A DNA stretch of 64,000 nt from Eledone cirrhosa. Lineage: Eukaryota. Position numbers and translations under genes: made by a program. Of this stretch, positions 1-12,564 are shown in pieces. Every line of letters begins with the position of its first letter. Position 1 is the stretch's first letter. The stretch covers positions 216,752,001 through 216,816,000 of the forward strand of contig OZ024741.1 of assembly GCA_964016885.1 (NCBI GenBank), in the 5' to 3' direction. The notes under the pieces are model-generated. The model ran no database searches. It was not told where the DNA came from and was given only the letters and a program-made list of their open reading frames with translations.

Positions 1-529
1 GGGGTGTATTTTTTTTATAACCCAAGAATATCATCCCATTATGTCTAGTGGAAAAGACGATGACGGCCTGCTAACAGGTGTGGTAACATCAATGTCCTTG
101 ATGAGGAAAAATAGGAAAAAGTATTTCTCATTTCCGGTCCCGATAGCCTCAAGTTTCATTTAAACAATAATGTACCTATTATCACTCCTACTTCTATTTG
201 TATATTATTGATGTGAGTAGGAGTAGGAGGAAACACTGGCTATTGTCTTCTTATGTATCATTTGAGTTACCTTGAAGTGGTGAAAATTAAAGTAAACACC
301 ACTGGGATTGGGTCTGTGTGTAATCTCTGTGTCTTTCTATGGGACTCAGCCCTACCTTTATAGATAAATCAGTTATTTTTAACATACATTCAAGGTCATA
401 CATTGTAGTGTGTTGTGTGTGTGTTGGGGGGGGGGGGCATTTCGTGGTCAACATAGTAGCTTATAACTGACTGGTATGGATTAATGCCATCAACTCTTCC
501 TGTTTGTTACTAACTGGAATATACACAGT

Positions 530-720
530 ATGACTGAGTGGTTATAAACTCCACCTTGCAATCATTAAGTCTTGTGTTCGATCCCACAATGCAGTACCTT
601 GGGTCAATGTCATTTACTTCGATCTTGGGTCAATCCAAACTTTGTGGATGAAACTGGGTAGACGGAAACTGTTTAAAAAACAGTCAGAAGGACAATACCT
701 GTAATTTAAAGGGTCAGTCT
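530..720 (+). mobile_element. Degenerate tRNA-derived SINE
   Basis: A-box-like GACTGAGTGG and B-box-like GTTCGATCCC followed by a SINE-like body. Confidence 0.4.
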
Positions 721-821
721 TATCACAATCTGTGATGTGCTGAATCTTCCTGAGAATTATGTTAAGTGTACACGTGTCTGTTGAATACAGAACTACTTGC
801 ACTATAAATTATTATTACTTT

Positions 822-1725
822 CACTCCAAATTATTATAAATTAAATTTATAAATTTAAGAATTTATAAATTTCCGGTTGGTTGGTTGGTTGGTTCCACAA
901 CCGGACGGTTGTTCATATATTGTCAAAGTTATTTCGTCACACATTCTGTGACCTCTTCAGTGACTGGGGATTCTTTTCTTTGTTTTTGTGCCTCTCCTTG
1001 TTCTGTCCTACGCCATCTCTTTTTTTTTTGTGTGTGTTGTGTACTTAGTTTGCGCATGTGTTATATCCGGGTGTCTGTGTGTGTTTATATTTGTTTATTT
1101 ATTTGTTTATTTACATGTTACTGGTTGGTTGTTTGTTCTATGTGTGTGTTTTCATTTTGTCCTTAATTGTAAGTTATGTTGCTATTCCATTCATGTTTTC
1201 TATTTAATTTTGGTTGGAGTTCATTTATGTTTATTGCCTCTGTGATTTGTCTAAACATTGCGTCTTTTCTGTGTGTAGATTCTATTTTTATTTCTATGTT
1301 CTCTAATTTGCCCTTAGGTTCTATTGTAGCATGTTGGTGGAGTATTGATGATTCTTTTTTTATCTTGAAGTTCTTGCCAGTGTTCATTTAACCGTTCTCC
1401 TATACTACGAGCTGTCTCACCTATGTACACTATATTCTTATCTTTACATTGTCCTTCAGTACATCTTATGCTATCTATATACTACATTTCTAGTTTTACA
1501 GTTAATATGGGGTCTTAGTTTACAGATTATGCATTTCTTATCTATACAGGGAGGTCTTTGAAAAGGGTATGTATTACTAATAACTGTTTTTATGGAGGTA
1601 CCTGGTCTTTCTACTATCTTAATATTAAGTTTATGTTTATCTAGGGCCCTTCTAAATTTGTAAGCTAATTCACTTCTAGGGGTTGTATTGATGAACATTA
1701 CACTCTGGTATTTATTTCTATAGTA
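822..1725 (-). mobile_element. 3' fragment of a Penelope-like element (Cys-rich linker, GIY-YIG, 3' pLTR)
   Basis: Minus-strand ORFs 1471-1698 (CxxxxCxxC...NVVY) and 1163-1387 (RQITEA..I..PKLNRKHEW), YIGET motif between them, HHR in the 3' UTR; a second copy lies at 26307-27105. Confidence 0.8.
922..964 (-). ncRNA. Minimal type I hammerhead ribozyme (degenerate stem III)
   Basis: GTCA-CTGAAGA-G-GTCAC..GTGAC-GAAA-TAAC-TT-TGAC on the minus strand. Confidence 0.65.
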
Positions 1726-2022
1726 ATAATTGTTTCTACTTTTGGCAGAAGGCCAGCAATTATCCCAGTGTATTACTGGTACTTTATTTTATCGACCCCA
1801 TAAGGATGAAAGGCAAAGTTAACCTCGGCGGGATTATTGCTATAGTAATAAGTGTTTCTACATTTGGCACAAGGCCAGTAATTACCCAGTACATTACTGG
1901 TACTTTATTTTATCGACCCCGTAAGGATGAAAGGCAAAGTTAACCTCGGCGAGATTTGAACTCAGATCGTAAAGAGACGTAACGATGCTGGAAAGCATGG
2001 CGTCCGACCCTCTACCGATACT
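1725..2022 (-). mobile_element. Nin-domain tRNA-SINE with a tandemly duplicated 3' half
   Basis: Reverse complement of GCCTTTCATCCTT.CGGGGTCGATAAAATAAAGTACCAG occurs twice; matches many other copies in the window. Confidence 0.8.
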
Positions 2023-2024
2023 GA

Positions 2025-2240
2025 ACAGAAATAACAACACAATCGGTACAGTATATGGAAGGGATATATTAGGTTAACGCTTGATATAGCAGGAAGAGGG
2101 TCTTAACGTTTCGGACGCTAGTGCTTCATCAGAAGAAACAATGAGAAATAATATATATTGAGGAGACGGGTGGGATGGAATTGGAAAAAATGTCTTTAGA
2201 TAAAAATAACAGGTCCATTCATGATGACATCTCTTGCAAA
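2025..2240 (-). mobile_element. Solo pLTR fragment of the Neptune-type PLE at 47678-50820
   Basis: Close match to 47678-47885; contains an HHR. Confidence 0.75.
2101..2136 (-). ncRNA. Minimal hammerhead ribozyme
   Basis: TCTT-CTGATGA-AGCACTAGCGTCC-GAAA-CG-TT-AAGA. Confidence 0.7.
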
Positions 2241-2410
2241 TGTATACACACACACACACATATATATATATTATATATATATATAATTTATATATATATA
2301 TATAAATATATACATATATATATATATATGGGATAACAAGTTATCGTTATAGGTATTCCACTTTAAATAAAGCCCTTATTGTACAGCCAACCATGTTACT
2401 CTTCTTTCTT

Positions 2411-2458
<48 letters not shown>

Positions 2459-2534
2459 GTTTATATAATATATATATGTATATATATAATATATATATGC
2501 ATATATAATATATATATGTATATATATACATATA

Positions 2535-2609
<75 letters not shown>

Positions 2610-2613
<4 letters not shown>

Positions 2614-3185
2614 CAATATGTTGAGAAAGTAACACACCAGAGAGAGATATATAGTGCGTTATCAATAATACAGGGAAAAAACCACCAGCGTATGGAATCT
2701 ATAACCTATGAAAGGCAGACTATAGACACGATAATTAAAAATATAAATTAAAACGTAAATAAATACCTCTATAACTATATAACACACGTACAAATCCAAA
2801 GATATGTTTCACCAAAATTTGTTGAAAGAAATGGTCTAGTCTCGGTTCATCAGCGTGTGTAAGGCCATACATTTCAGACAACACTAAGAGGATTTTTAAA
2901 TTGACTGTCCAGCTACACGTGGGAGAGAGAAGTCACAGCGTGTTTAAGGGCAGTGAACCAGTGGCCTCTGAGAGACGAACTGCTAGAAAGGGCAGCCTTT
3001 CATAGGTTATAGATTCCATACACTGGTGGTTTTTTCCCTGTATTATTGATAACGCACTATATATCTCTCTCTGGTGTGTTACCTTCTCAACATATTGTAT
3101 TTTAAAGAGCTCAGGATCTCTTCTCTTTTGAGCACATTATTTACAGGGAATAGCGAGGGCCTATGCCTCCGTTAATTTATCGTGA
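2610..3185 (-). mobile_element. Fold-back PLE-type insertion with 107-bp inverted arms enclosing an HHR
   Basis: 2610-2716 is the reverse complement of 2995-3101; flanked by (TA)n. Confidence 0.75.
2782..2860 (-). ncRNA. Type I hammerhead ribozyme with a full stem III
   Basis: ACACACG-CTGATGA-ACCGAGA...TTTTGGT-GAAA-CATATC TTTG GATTTG-TA-CGTGTGT; GUA cleavage triplet. Confidence 0.85.
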
Positions 3186-3731
3186 TATATATATATATAT
3201 ATATTGTTATATTTAACCACTCTGTCGAGAGCTTTATTCGATTTGTGATATTTTGCATTTTCGCAATATTATACACAACTGAATTCATTCGCCTAATATA
3301 AGTGTTGCCTCCCTTGCTGAACTCCACGTGGGGTCAGTAACAGACAAACTTATATATACTATTGAGCTAAATCCCGTTGACAACGCGACTTCCTTCTTCA
3401 GTCATCTTGCCAGAAGCCTAACATACTTTATGTAAATGACTTATGGAACCGCAGAAACCCAAATACTGGATTTTAGTAAATCTCTCCAGGGGTCCGGGTA
3501 AATTTTCAAACATATATATTTTTATATATTTTTATATTTTTATATCTGCTTGACCCGAATTACTTGATCGTTTTTTCGCTGTGCGGATGATTAGTTTAAC
3601 CACCATCTCTGTGTTTGGCCTTTAACGTATGTTGTAGCTCTAATTCATATGAATTATCGAGCACTTGCCACACAACTCGGAAGTGTTTTTCGTTAATTCC
3701 TGAGTTGAAATTCGATTCTCGCTAATTTATA

Positions 3732-3767
<36 letters not shown>

Positions 3768-4582
3768 TTTTCTCGCCCAATATATGTATTTTCTCGCCCA
3801 ATAAATTTTTTGTGAATGTTTCCTATCTTGATTGAACTATCTGAATGTACAAAATAATCTTCTCAAATAAAATTTATAACTACGTCCTTTTCTTAACTAT
3901 ATATTGAAAATGTAAACACAAAATTCTTCGTAACCCTTAACATTTAATTTATCTATCTAGTGAAAATAACAACATATATACTCACATAAATATTTACATA
4001 AATACTTATATAAATAACCCGTTGTAATATAATAAACTAAAATATACTTACAACCTTAAAATATACTTATAAATATTATTTATATAATATTATAAGTCAT
4101 GATTTGAATAGATCCAATGATTTGTTGTATATCTCAATTTTTAAAAAATGTTTAACATTCTTAACTCTCATATTATTTTATAGATACTACCAAAATATAG
4201 GATTATATAATTAAATAATTAAATATAATTATATCACTCTCTTTACACCATCACTGATATGATCCATACAATTTTATCTTAATAATAATAGTGTATTTCT
4301 AACTATATATTTTTCTTATAATCATTCCTTAAATTTTCTTACACCATAAAATTAATATTAACCTCTCTTTTTTCCTTTTATAAATTATCCTTATAAATTA
4401 TCCTAATAATTATATAAAGTTACCTAGCGTCTAAATATAACGATCTTTTTTCAGCCTTACGTTTCAAACTCATTTACATATTCATCCTAAGGATTCGAAA
4501 TTTTTCTTTCACTATCCAAACTAAACCTGAACCGATAAGGTCTGGTTTCTTGGATATATCAACATTTATAAAACAAATTTTG

Positions 4583-4643
4583 TATTTTATCTGATGAGAG
4601 CGTACCAAAATGTTGGTACCCTTGAAATATATATAATAGAATA
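4583..4643 (+). ncRNA. Minimal hammerhead ribozyme (family A)
   Basis: TATTTTAT-CTGATGA-GAGCGTACCAA..TTGGTACCCTT-GAAA-TATATA-TA-ATAGAATA. Confidence 0.8.
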
Positions 4644-4724
4644 AATATGGTTTTATAAATATAGTTTCCATTTATTAATATCATTGATATTATACTCCAG
4701 AAAACTTGTAGAGTGCTTCGAATC

Positions 4725-4962
4725 CCTAACAGTGCTAAAAGAGAACGAGATAACGCGGATTAAAAGCAGATGCAGCGATCCCGTGAGTGGTGTCATCCAT
4801 ACCAAGCGGTTGCTCAGGGTGCTGGAGACAAACGGATACCCAGCCTCATTTACAAGCAGAGTATGAGACACCAGACGCAAGAGCCAGAGAAACACCCACG
4901 GTAAGTGCTTCCTTAAAATCCCGCACCTGGGCGAGAAAACCACCAACGCTATCCGCAGGGCC
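4725..4962 (+). mobile_element. PLE RT thumb fragment
   Basis: EITRIKSRCS...LETNGYPASF...FLKIPHLG resemble PLE thumb/linker motifs; in-frame stop. Confidence 0.55.
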
Positions 4963-6170
4963 ATACAACAACGCAAAATTATAACTGTAACTGTGTCCAA
5001 CCAGGAATGTGTCTGTTGAACAATCAGTGTCTTGAACGCAACATCATATACAAATGTACTATCGAATCGGATAGCCAGAAGTGGTACTATGTGGGGTCTA
5101 CAGCTACCTCCTTCAAATCTCGCCTTTATAGACATCGTTACTCGATAAAACATGAAAACCAGCGTTATGTAACAACACTCGCAGACAAGGCTTGGCAGCT
5201 GCGCGAAAATAACCAACAATTTAACCTAAAATAGGATATAATAGTGTCTGCCCCTCCATATCCCACGGACAGGAATTTTGTAAATTGTGTAATATGGAAT
5301 TATTTTGTATTATGAAATCCAAAAATATTTTATTAAATAACAGAATAGAGCGATCGTTATACTGTAGCCATCGCTTGAAATCTACATTTTCATATTACAA
5401 ACACTACCAGGATTGAACGCCTGTCTCCATCTCCGTTTGATTGTAAAAATACAAATTAATATTCTCTATTAGTCTTAATTCTATCAACTCTTCTATTCTT
5501 TACCATTTAATATAAACTGCTATAGATAAAATGAGATTTCTTAATTCAATTCCCTAATGCATATACCAGCAGGCTACCAGCATTGTTGTTATTCAGTAGT
5601 AGTGAAAATCTCCCTCTTCCTTAATTGACACTTTATATCTATTAATACTACTACACCAAACGACCAGCCCTGTCCATTGTTCAATTGGTCAAGTATAGAT
5701 TAAAATAGGCACTCCCAAAAATTCTTATTTAGATAAAATAAACCATATACTCATTGTATTCTCATTAGAAACCTTTTATATACTTGTTTACCAGTAAATT
5801 GAATTGCCATCTGTCATATACTATCCCTTCTCTTCTTCCTTTCTTACAACTAATATAAATACTTCAATTTTTCTGATTTTTTCCAATTTATCCAATATCT
5901 CTGAAGAAGTGACAACTGATTATACATTTGCTATCGAATACTTGCTAACATTATATGATTACGCAAGCAGCGAAACATGGGTATTCCGTCTGTTACAGAA
6001 ACATATGTCAATACCTAATAAATTCCTTTATAAAAGCACTTTCATTTTATATTCATCTTTTCTACATTTTCTCCGGAATATAATTTATACTCGTTGAGCA
6101 AACCTACACGTACGCTGTTCATCTCTAACGTGACGATATATTATCACTACATTATTGATAACCTGAAATT
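4962..6170 (+). mobile_element. 3' part of a Naiad-type PLE (GIY-YIG + 3' UTR)
   Basis: CNC..CLLNNQC, IIYK..YYVGST, C-terminal CKLC..LNNRIE..CSH; high identity to the reverse complement of 41436-42645. Confidence 0.8.
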
Positions 6171-6482
6171 TTTATATATATATATATATATATATTAATG
6201 AGCCTGTATATTTTAGGTAAATGATAACAAAAATAAAAATAAGACGATAGATTTAGGCATGCTAAAGTTAAATATATACGTATATATAAAAGGGTGTAAA
6301 TGTATTGATTTTCATAGTTCAAAATAAATGATAATCAATAAATTTAACTAAAAATTATATATAGAATGATACATGGAGGTTTATATGGATATAAATTAGG
6401 TATTATTGATATAAATTAGGTATTATTGATACAGTATACTTTAGGTAAATGATAACGATTATAATTTTATATAATAAGGTTG

Positions 6483-6535
6483 ATTTTGTCTGATGAGGAC
6501 GTACTGTTGTACATCTGAAATATGTATAATAAAAT
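6483..6535 (+). ncRNA. Minimal hammerhead ribozyme (family A)
   Basis: ATTTTGT-CTGATGA-GGACGTAC TGTT GTACATCT-GAAA-TATGTA-TA-ATAAAAT. Confidence 0.75.
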
Positions 6536-6678
6536 GTAATTGATAAAAAGAACATCTATTTTATTAATATTTGTATTTTAATATTAATAACTCTGGAAAA
6601 TTATTTCCCATAGAGTGCTTCCAATCTACTGTAAAACTCATTCTTTGATATACTTATTGAATATTGTTTAACTCTTTA

Positions 6679-6769
<91 letters not shown>

Positions 6770-6773
<4 letters not shown>

Positions 6774-7640
6774 TAATAGAGGGAAGTATATAAGTCGAGA
6801 GTGACATCTAAAAGGTTGCCCCTAGTGATATTTGATTCTATGGTTATTCTAAATCCTAGATTACGGAAGAACGAGCTTAAGTTTCTCAGAAACCCATCAG
6901 TGGTTCTGGGGTTTACTTTGTGCGAGGCGAAAAGGTCATCATCTCGGTGTAATCCTCCGGTTCTGCCCGTGAAGAGGTTCTTCGGGTGGTATAATATGTA
7001 CAGGCCCACGAGGCCGCTAACTTCAGCCGAGTCACTTGCCCCATGCTGACGTAAAAATGGGTCTCAGACTTCTTGTTAATCCAGTAAGATCCCTCGTGGT
7101 GTAGAAATGTCTTACGGGCGTGGAGGATCACTTCCCGCTCAGCGTCGGTTATGGTGGTAAAATTCCTGGCAAAAGCAAGTGCATCCTTCAGTATAGCGTA
7201 GTAGTCTTCTATGTCCAGTTGCAGAAAGCGGGTATAGCGTTTATCGGGCAATTCTTTGAAACAAGAGATTGCCTCGGAAGTTCTGCTCCTGAGTGGGAGA
7301 GGTGAGGCCGCCAGCAGTGATGGTAGAACTCTATCAAGGATCTTTTTGCTGATAGAACCGATGTCCGAACGTGTGGGGTTGATAAATCTGACTGAGGAAG
7401 TTTCCCTTGTGGTCCTTCAGGGTAAAGTGCTGGGTCTTTACCCTTAAGGGTTCCGTTCGGTCGTCTAGTTTAAGGGACTTTGCAATTTCTTTTCCGACCG
7501 CATTGGTCTCAGTCAAAGCCATCTCGTTCACCTTTTTATAGGTAGTCGTGATAGCATTTTTTGCCAGCTTATTATAGATCGTAGATCCACCTCATATACG
7601 TTTTTGGTTTTATTGGAGATGACATGGAGATTGTCCGCGT
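6770..7640 (-). pseudogene. Frameshifted Naiad-type PLE reverse transcriptase fragment
   Basis: LKLDDRTEPL..FTLKDHK, FLQLDIEDYY, GGLHRDD and LDVTLDL spread over several frames; homologous to 42569-44083. Confidence 0.8.
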
Positions 7641-7904
7641 GTGTGGAAGTGAGGGCTTTATAAGTGTTTGTGTGTGAATGTGCTTGTAGACACCTGGCCA
7701 TAGGCATTGTTAACTTAAGTGGACCTTAAAAATCAGGAGTGAACTTGTCTATAGAATTCTTTCTGCCTTTGTTACTCTAAATATAGTTTTTAAAGTATTC
7801 CCTTTTCTTTAAACCCATCAACCAATGACCTCCACCCATCCCAATCATCACCCTCACCTACCACCAGAAAATATATAAATACCACCATATTACTTGGACA
7901 GTCT

Positions 7905-7953
7905 GCTTCTTGATGATTTCTCCCGAATGAAACAGTTCTGGTCCTGTAGAAGC
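7905..7953 (+). ncRNA. Hammerhead ribozyme with a C3>U core change
   Basis: GCTTC-TTGATGA-TTTC TCCC GAAT-GAAA-CAG..CTG-TA-GAAGC. Confidence 0.6.
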
Positions 7954-8079
7954 CTTTTCTATATTAAATATTTATACTCTGCTTTGTATTTAGTACCTTA
8001 CTTACTGTGGTTACGCCCAATTGAACCCGGGATAAACTTATCTTATATGTATATATTATGCACAGAGGCATACACACAT

Positions 8080-8162
8080 GCATACATACATACATACATA
8101 CATACATACATACATACATACATACATACATACATACATACATACATACATACATACATACA
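8080..8162 (+). repeat. (TACA)n microsatellite
   Basis: Direct reading. Confidence 0.95.
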
Positions 8163-8799
8163 GATGGCATGTTTACGGCAGGAAGACGTTTGCTTATACG
8201 TCAGATCAATTAGACTTGACCCGAGGCTAAACAACAACGGGAATGGTCTGTATGTGGCCACTAGATTTTCTAGAACTGACAGCCAAATGCCCTTCAAAAC
8301 AGACCTTTCTTTATTTTTAAAAAAATGGGAACACGCGCGACGATGTAGACAAAAACATTTGAGAAAACATAGAATAAACACGAAGTGGTCATAAGTGTAA
8401 GATCTTTTATCATATGTTTGATCGATTTGGGGCGACTGGTTTAAACAACTTAGCGTGAGAAACATTATCTGAAGCAGCTACTCTGTACAAAAAGGGAACA
8501 CTGAAAATAAGAACACTGAAGGAAACAACACAAAACACACACAAAAATTCACTTGGAATCACAATATAAAAATCGGAAACAGTGCAATACAACAAATAAC
8601 TAACATGTATAGAATTGTTTGTAGGTGTACTTGATGTGTGTGGGAGAGAAAGAAGAAGGATAATGTCGTCGAAATAGTGTACTGTGTCTAATGTTTGCAG
8701 CAATCAAGGCCATGACAAAATTTGAACTCAAAACCAAAGATCCGGGGAAATAAATAGTAAACAAAATTCCTCCTAGGCAACACCGTAGTCTCTATAATC

Positions 8800-9288
8800 G
8801 TGCCCCACAGTAGCTTTGAAATGTTGTCCCTCGGTAGCTTTAATATGTTGCCCTTCAGTAGCTTTGAAATGTTGCCCTTCAATTGCTTTGAAATGTTGCC
8901 CCGCAATAGCTTTGAAATGTTGCCCCACAGTACTTTGAAATGTTGCCCCTCGGTAGCTTTGAAATGTTACCCAACATTAGCTTTGAAATGTTGCCCCACA
9001 TTAGCTTTGAAATGTTGTCCCACAGTAGCTTTGAAATGTTGCTCCACAGTAGCTTTGAAATGTTACCCCACATTAGCTTTGAAATGTTCCCCACATTAGC
9101 TTTGAAATGTTGCCCTACAGTAGCTTTGAAATGTTGCCCTACATTAGCTTTGAAATGTTGCCCCACAGTAGCTTTGAAATGTTGCCCCACAGTAGCTTTG
9201 AAATGTTGCCCTACAGTAGCTTTGAAATGTTGCCCTACAGTAGCTTTGAAATGCTGCTCCTCGGTAGCTTTGAAATGTTGCCACACAA
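8800..9288 (+). repeat. 24-bp minisatellite (TAGCTTTGAAATGTTGCCCCACAG)n, about 20 units
   Basis: Direct reading; gives 8-aa periodic ORFs in several frames. Confidence 0.95.
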
Positions 9289-9512
9289 AGTAGTTGATTA
9301 TCGATCTAAATACTATGATATGAACGGTTACCTATATTTAGCTTCTAAGGTTGGTAGTGTTGTATAACACAGGTCAGTCACCTTCCACCATAGGTAATAT
9401 ATACAGCACTTGATATTGCAATCACCGTCTTGATAAACGAAAGAAATACCTGAGCCTCTAACAAATACAATACTATACGAATTTAAAAAATATAACTGAA
9501 AACAAAAGATAA

Positions 9513-9585
9513 AAGTTCCAGCGAGTTTCGGACTCGCGACCTTTTGCGTGTGGAGCAGACGTGGTAACCACTACACCAGGGAACC
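9513..9585 (-). pseudogene. tRNA-Val(CAC)-like pseudogene
   Basis: GGTTCCCTGGTGTAGTGGTTACCACGTCTGC TCCACAC GCAAAAGGTCGCGAGTCCGAAACTCGCTGGAAC; Val body with a T-loop mutation. Confidence 0.7.
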
Positions 9586-9974
9586 ACATAGAGAAAAAGT
9601 AATCAAATCAGTTTAGGCGTATACACAGGTACACACATATACATATATGGAATAAATATACTTAACTCTATTAGTAATTTATAAAGTAATATAGTTCTAC
9701 ATTGTTATAATTTAATAACACTATGAAAAATGATATTTCTTCTTCGTGGGAGAAGTTAATGATATTGTAATAAAGATGCTAAGATGTTATTCTCTTGGCG
9801 GGTGTAATCAGTATTATTAATGGTTCTAATCAGGGGAGTTCGTAGAAACATAATGATATGCACTTGCCCTTGAGGTGAGGATGTTGGGGGCACATACCAA
9901 AAAAATGGTAGTTTCGATACCCAGACTTGGTGACACATAGTGTCCCTGGGCATAACACATAACTTTTCGTTGTT

Positions 9975-10172
9975 GGGCAAAATCATTTGGCAGTATCGGT
10001 AGAGGGTCGGACACCATGCTTTGCAGCATAGAGTTTCGGCCCTTTATGATCTGAGTTCAAATCCCGCCGAGGTTAACTTTGCCTTTCATCGTTACGGGGT
10101 CGATAAAATAAAGTACCAGTAATACACTGAGATAATTGCAGGCCTTGTGCCAAAAATAGAAAAAATTATTAT
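9975..10172 (+). mobile_element. Nin-domain tRNA-SINE
   Basis: GAGTTCAAATCC B box plus Nin core. Confidence 0.85.
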
Positions 10173-10379
10173 TCTCCTTAGATTTTCAGCAACCTCCACC
10201 CATATAAAGTAATATCCTATGCACCTATCACACATGCGTATCATATAGATCAATCATACACGTCAAGCACGCTTTTTTTTAATCACAAATGTTATGCTTT
10301 CTGGTTTAGGTTCAAAGTGTCCTCTTATTTTTCCTAAGCACTGGACGGAACCTTTGATGCTTTGAATAAAAGTTTTAAA

Positions 10380-11080
10380 TCACAAGCTACTGCACGACAA
10401 TTGTTCCGAATTACTGCATGACAAGTGTTTAAAGTTCATGATCTGTAATTGTTAAAAGTTACTGCACAGCAACAGTTTAAAGCTATTGAGCGACAACAAT
10501 TTGATGTGTGCATGACACATACATTAACTGCCATTACATATCTATCACATGGTGACATTTCAAAACTACTGAGTGACACATATCAACGCTATTGAGAAAC
10601 AACATAAAGCATAGCAACATATCAAAGCTATTGACCAGCAACATTTCAAAGCTATTAGTGGCAATTTTTCAAAGATATTGAGTAGCAAAATTTCCAAGCT
10701 ACTGAGAGGCAACATTTCAAAGCTATTAGTGGCAACATTTCAAAGCTACGGAGTAACAAAATTTCAAAGCTACTGAAGGGCAACATTTCAAAGCTACTGA
10801 GAGGCAACATTTCAAAGCTACGGAGTAATAAAATTTCAAAGCTACTCAGTGGCAACATTTCTAATCTATTGAGAAGAAACATGTTAACGCTACTGAGAGG
10901 CAACAATATAAAGCTACTGAGTAGCAGCATTATAAAGCTAGTAAGAGGCCACATTTTAAAGTTTCGGACCAGCAATATTTCAAAGCTACTTAGAGGTTAT
11001 TGAAATGTTGCCCCTCAGTAGCTTTGAATGTTGCCCCACAGTAGCTTTGAAATGTTGCTACTCGGTAGCTTTGAAATGTT
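10380..11080 (-). repeat. Same 24-bp minisatellite in inverted orientation, switching back to forward at ~11000
   Basis: (CAACATTTCAAAGCTACTGAGAGG)n, more degenerate leftwards. Confidence 0.9.
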
Positions 11081-11789
11081 TCCGTTTATCTAGACAATGA
11101 TTTCAATATCCAGCTTTAGACTCTATAGATTGGTAACCGTTCATATCATTGTATTTAGAATAGGTTTGAATATGAAATTCATCAGGTGTTATATTCAAGT
11201 GTGGAACACATTTGTAGGCAGGTGTATAAATGTGTCTGACCTAAGGTTAAGCAACAAGATTCAATGTCAGCTTTGTAAACCTATTTATACTGGTACATTA
11301 TGTTTTTAGAACGAGAGCTTCTTTATAAATATAAGTTGAGAATAAAACGATTTGACGTACAAGCTACGTATAAAACACAATTATTAGACCAAACGTACGT
11401 CCACCATTCCATATTGTATCGCTTATCATGTCTGCTTTACAAGCGTGAGTTCGAAATTCAACGAAATATTTCAGGTGAATTTATTTTTGGTGTTCTGACT
11501 TTTATCTTCAAATATTTCGGTAAAATATTACTGTTGAAAATAATTTTGATAAAATATATTTGTAAAAGACAGAATTCTAGGGTTTGGTCAGTACTAGAAA
11601 GTTTTTTATTATATATAGCTGAAACTGTCAAATTCTCGGTAGATACTCTACATATGCACATATATATATACACCTAAACTCCATCACTGATAAACAACAC
11701 ATACACATATAGTCATACACAAGAGTACACATACACCATATACAGCAAAACTGTATATGGTGTATATGGTATATATATATAACTTACTC

Positions 11790-12195
11790 TGCTAAATGGT
11801 GTAGCTAAAGCAAAAGATCTCTGAAAGGTACAAAAGAAACATTTATTACATTTTTTCAGAACATACCTCCTAAAAGATATAATTGTGTTTATACTCAGGG
11901 CTCCTTTCTTAAAAGGTAGATGACGCACTGTTTGAAGTGAGGGCCCTGCTTGAAGAAGGCGAGTTGTTTGCAGAAACGTCTTAGGGCTTTAACCCCCACC
12001 GTCTACCTAAAATCCTGCCGTGTGTAAGACTGAACAACCACATTAAATATATTAGATCTAATTTGAGCTTTATAAAGATATTCGGGTTTATTTACTGTCA
12101 CACTAGGTTTACTAAGTTGATAGAATCTGTATAAGTCAAGAATAAACATGTTAGACCCACAAAATACGTATAATAGAGCATTATTTATCATATTG
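11790..12195 (+). mobile_element. Old PLE 3' end with a degenerate HHR (11943-11987)
   Basis: GCCCTG-C-TTGAAGA..GAAA-CG-TC-TTAGGGC; interrupts the tRNA repeat unit. Confidence 0.45.
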
Positions 12196-12204
12196 GCTAC
12201 CTGC

Positions 12205-12277
12205 GGTTCCATGGTGTAGTGGTTATCACGTCTGCCTCATGCGCAGAACGTCACGAGTTCGAAATTCACTGGAATCT
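12205..12277 (+). pseudogene. tRNA-Val-derived pseudogene (anticodon now CAT, probably from CAC)
   Basis: Val-type body with A/B boxes; T-stem mismatches. Confidence 0.7.
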
Positions 12278-12564
12278 TTGTCTGTTGTTTTCTGTTAAGT
12301 TTTTTTAATTCGTGTAGTGTCATGTTAGTGAGAGGCTTAGGTGTCTCAAGACGATGATTTCAATACCCAGTGCTGTATATATTACTTGCGATAGAAGGTG
12401 ACTGACCTGTCTTATACAACATTACCAACCTTAGAAGCTAAATATAGGTAACCCTTCATATAATAGTATTTAGATCGTTAATCAACTGTTTACACATTTT
12501 AGCTAAATTGATACTAATGTAAAAGTGTTTGATAAGGCAATACGGTGTGAGGGTAAAGTCATGT

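Noticed and set aside
5893-6017. Possible HHR or SECIS in the Naiad 3' UTR (CTGAAGA...GAAACATATGTC)
   Set aside because: Core halves cannot be closed into one convincing fold; the second copy differs at key bases; the shared stop is TAG, not TGA
8800-9288. 24-bp array as a CRISPR array or repeat protein
   Set aside because: No unique spacers, eukaryotic context, and open in several frames on both strands simply because of periodicity
12205-12277. Functional tRNA-Met(CAT), and likewise tRNA-Ala(CGC) at 15305
   Set aside because: Val body with stem mismatches; anticodons best explained as decay from CAC
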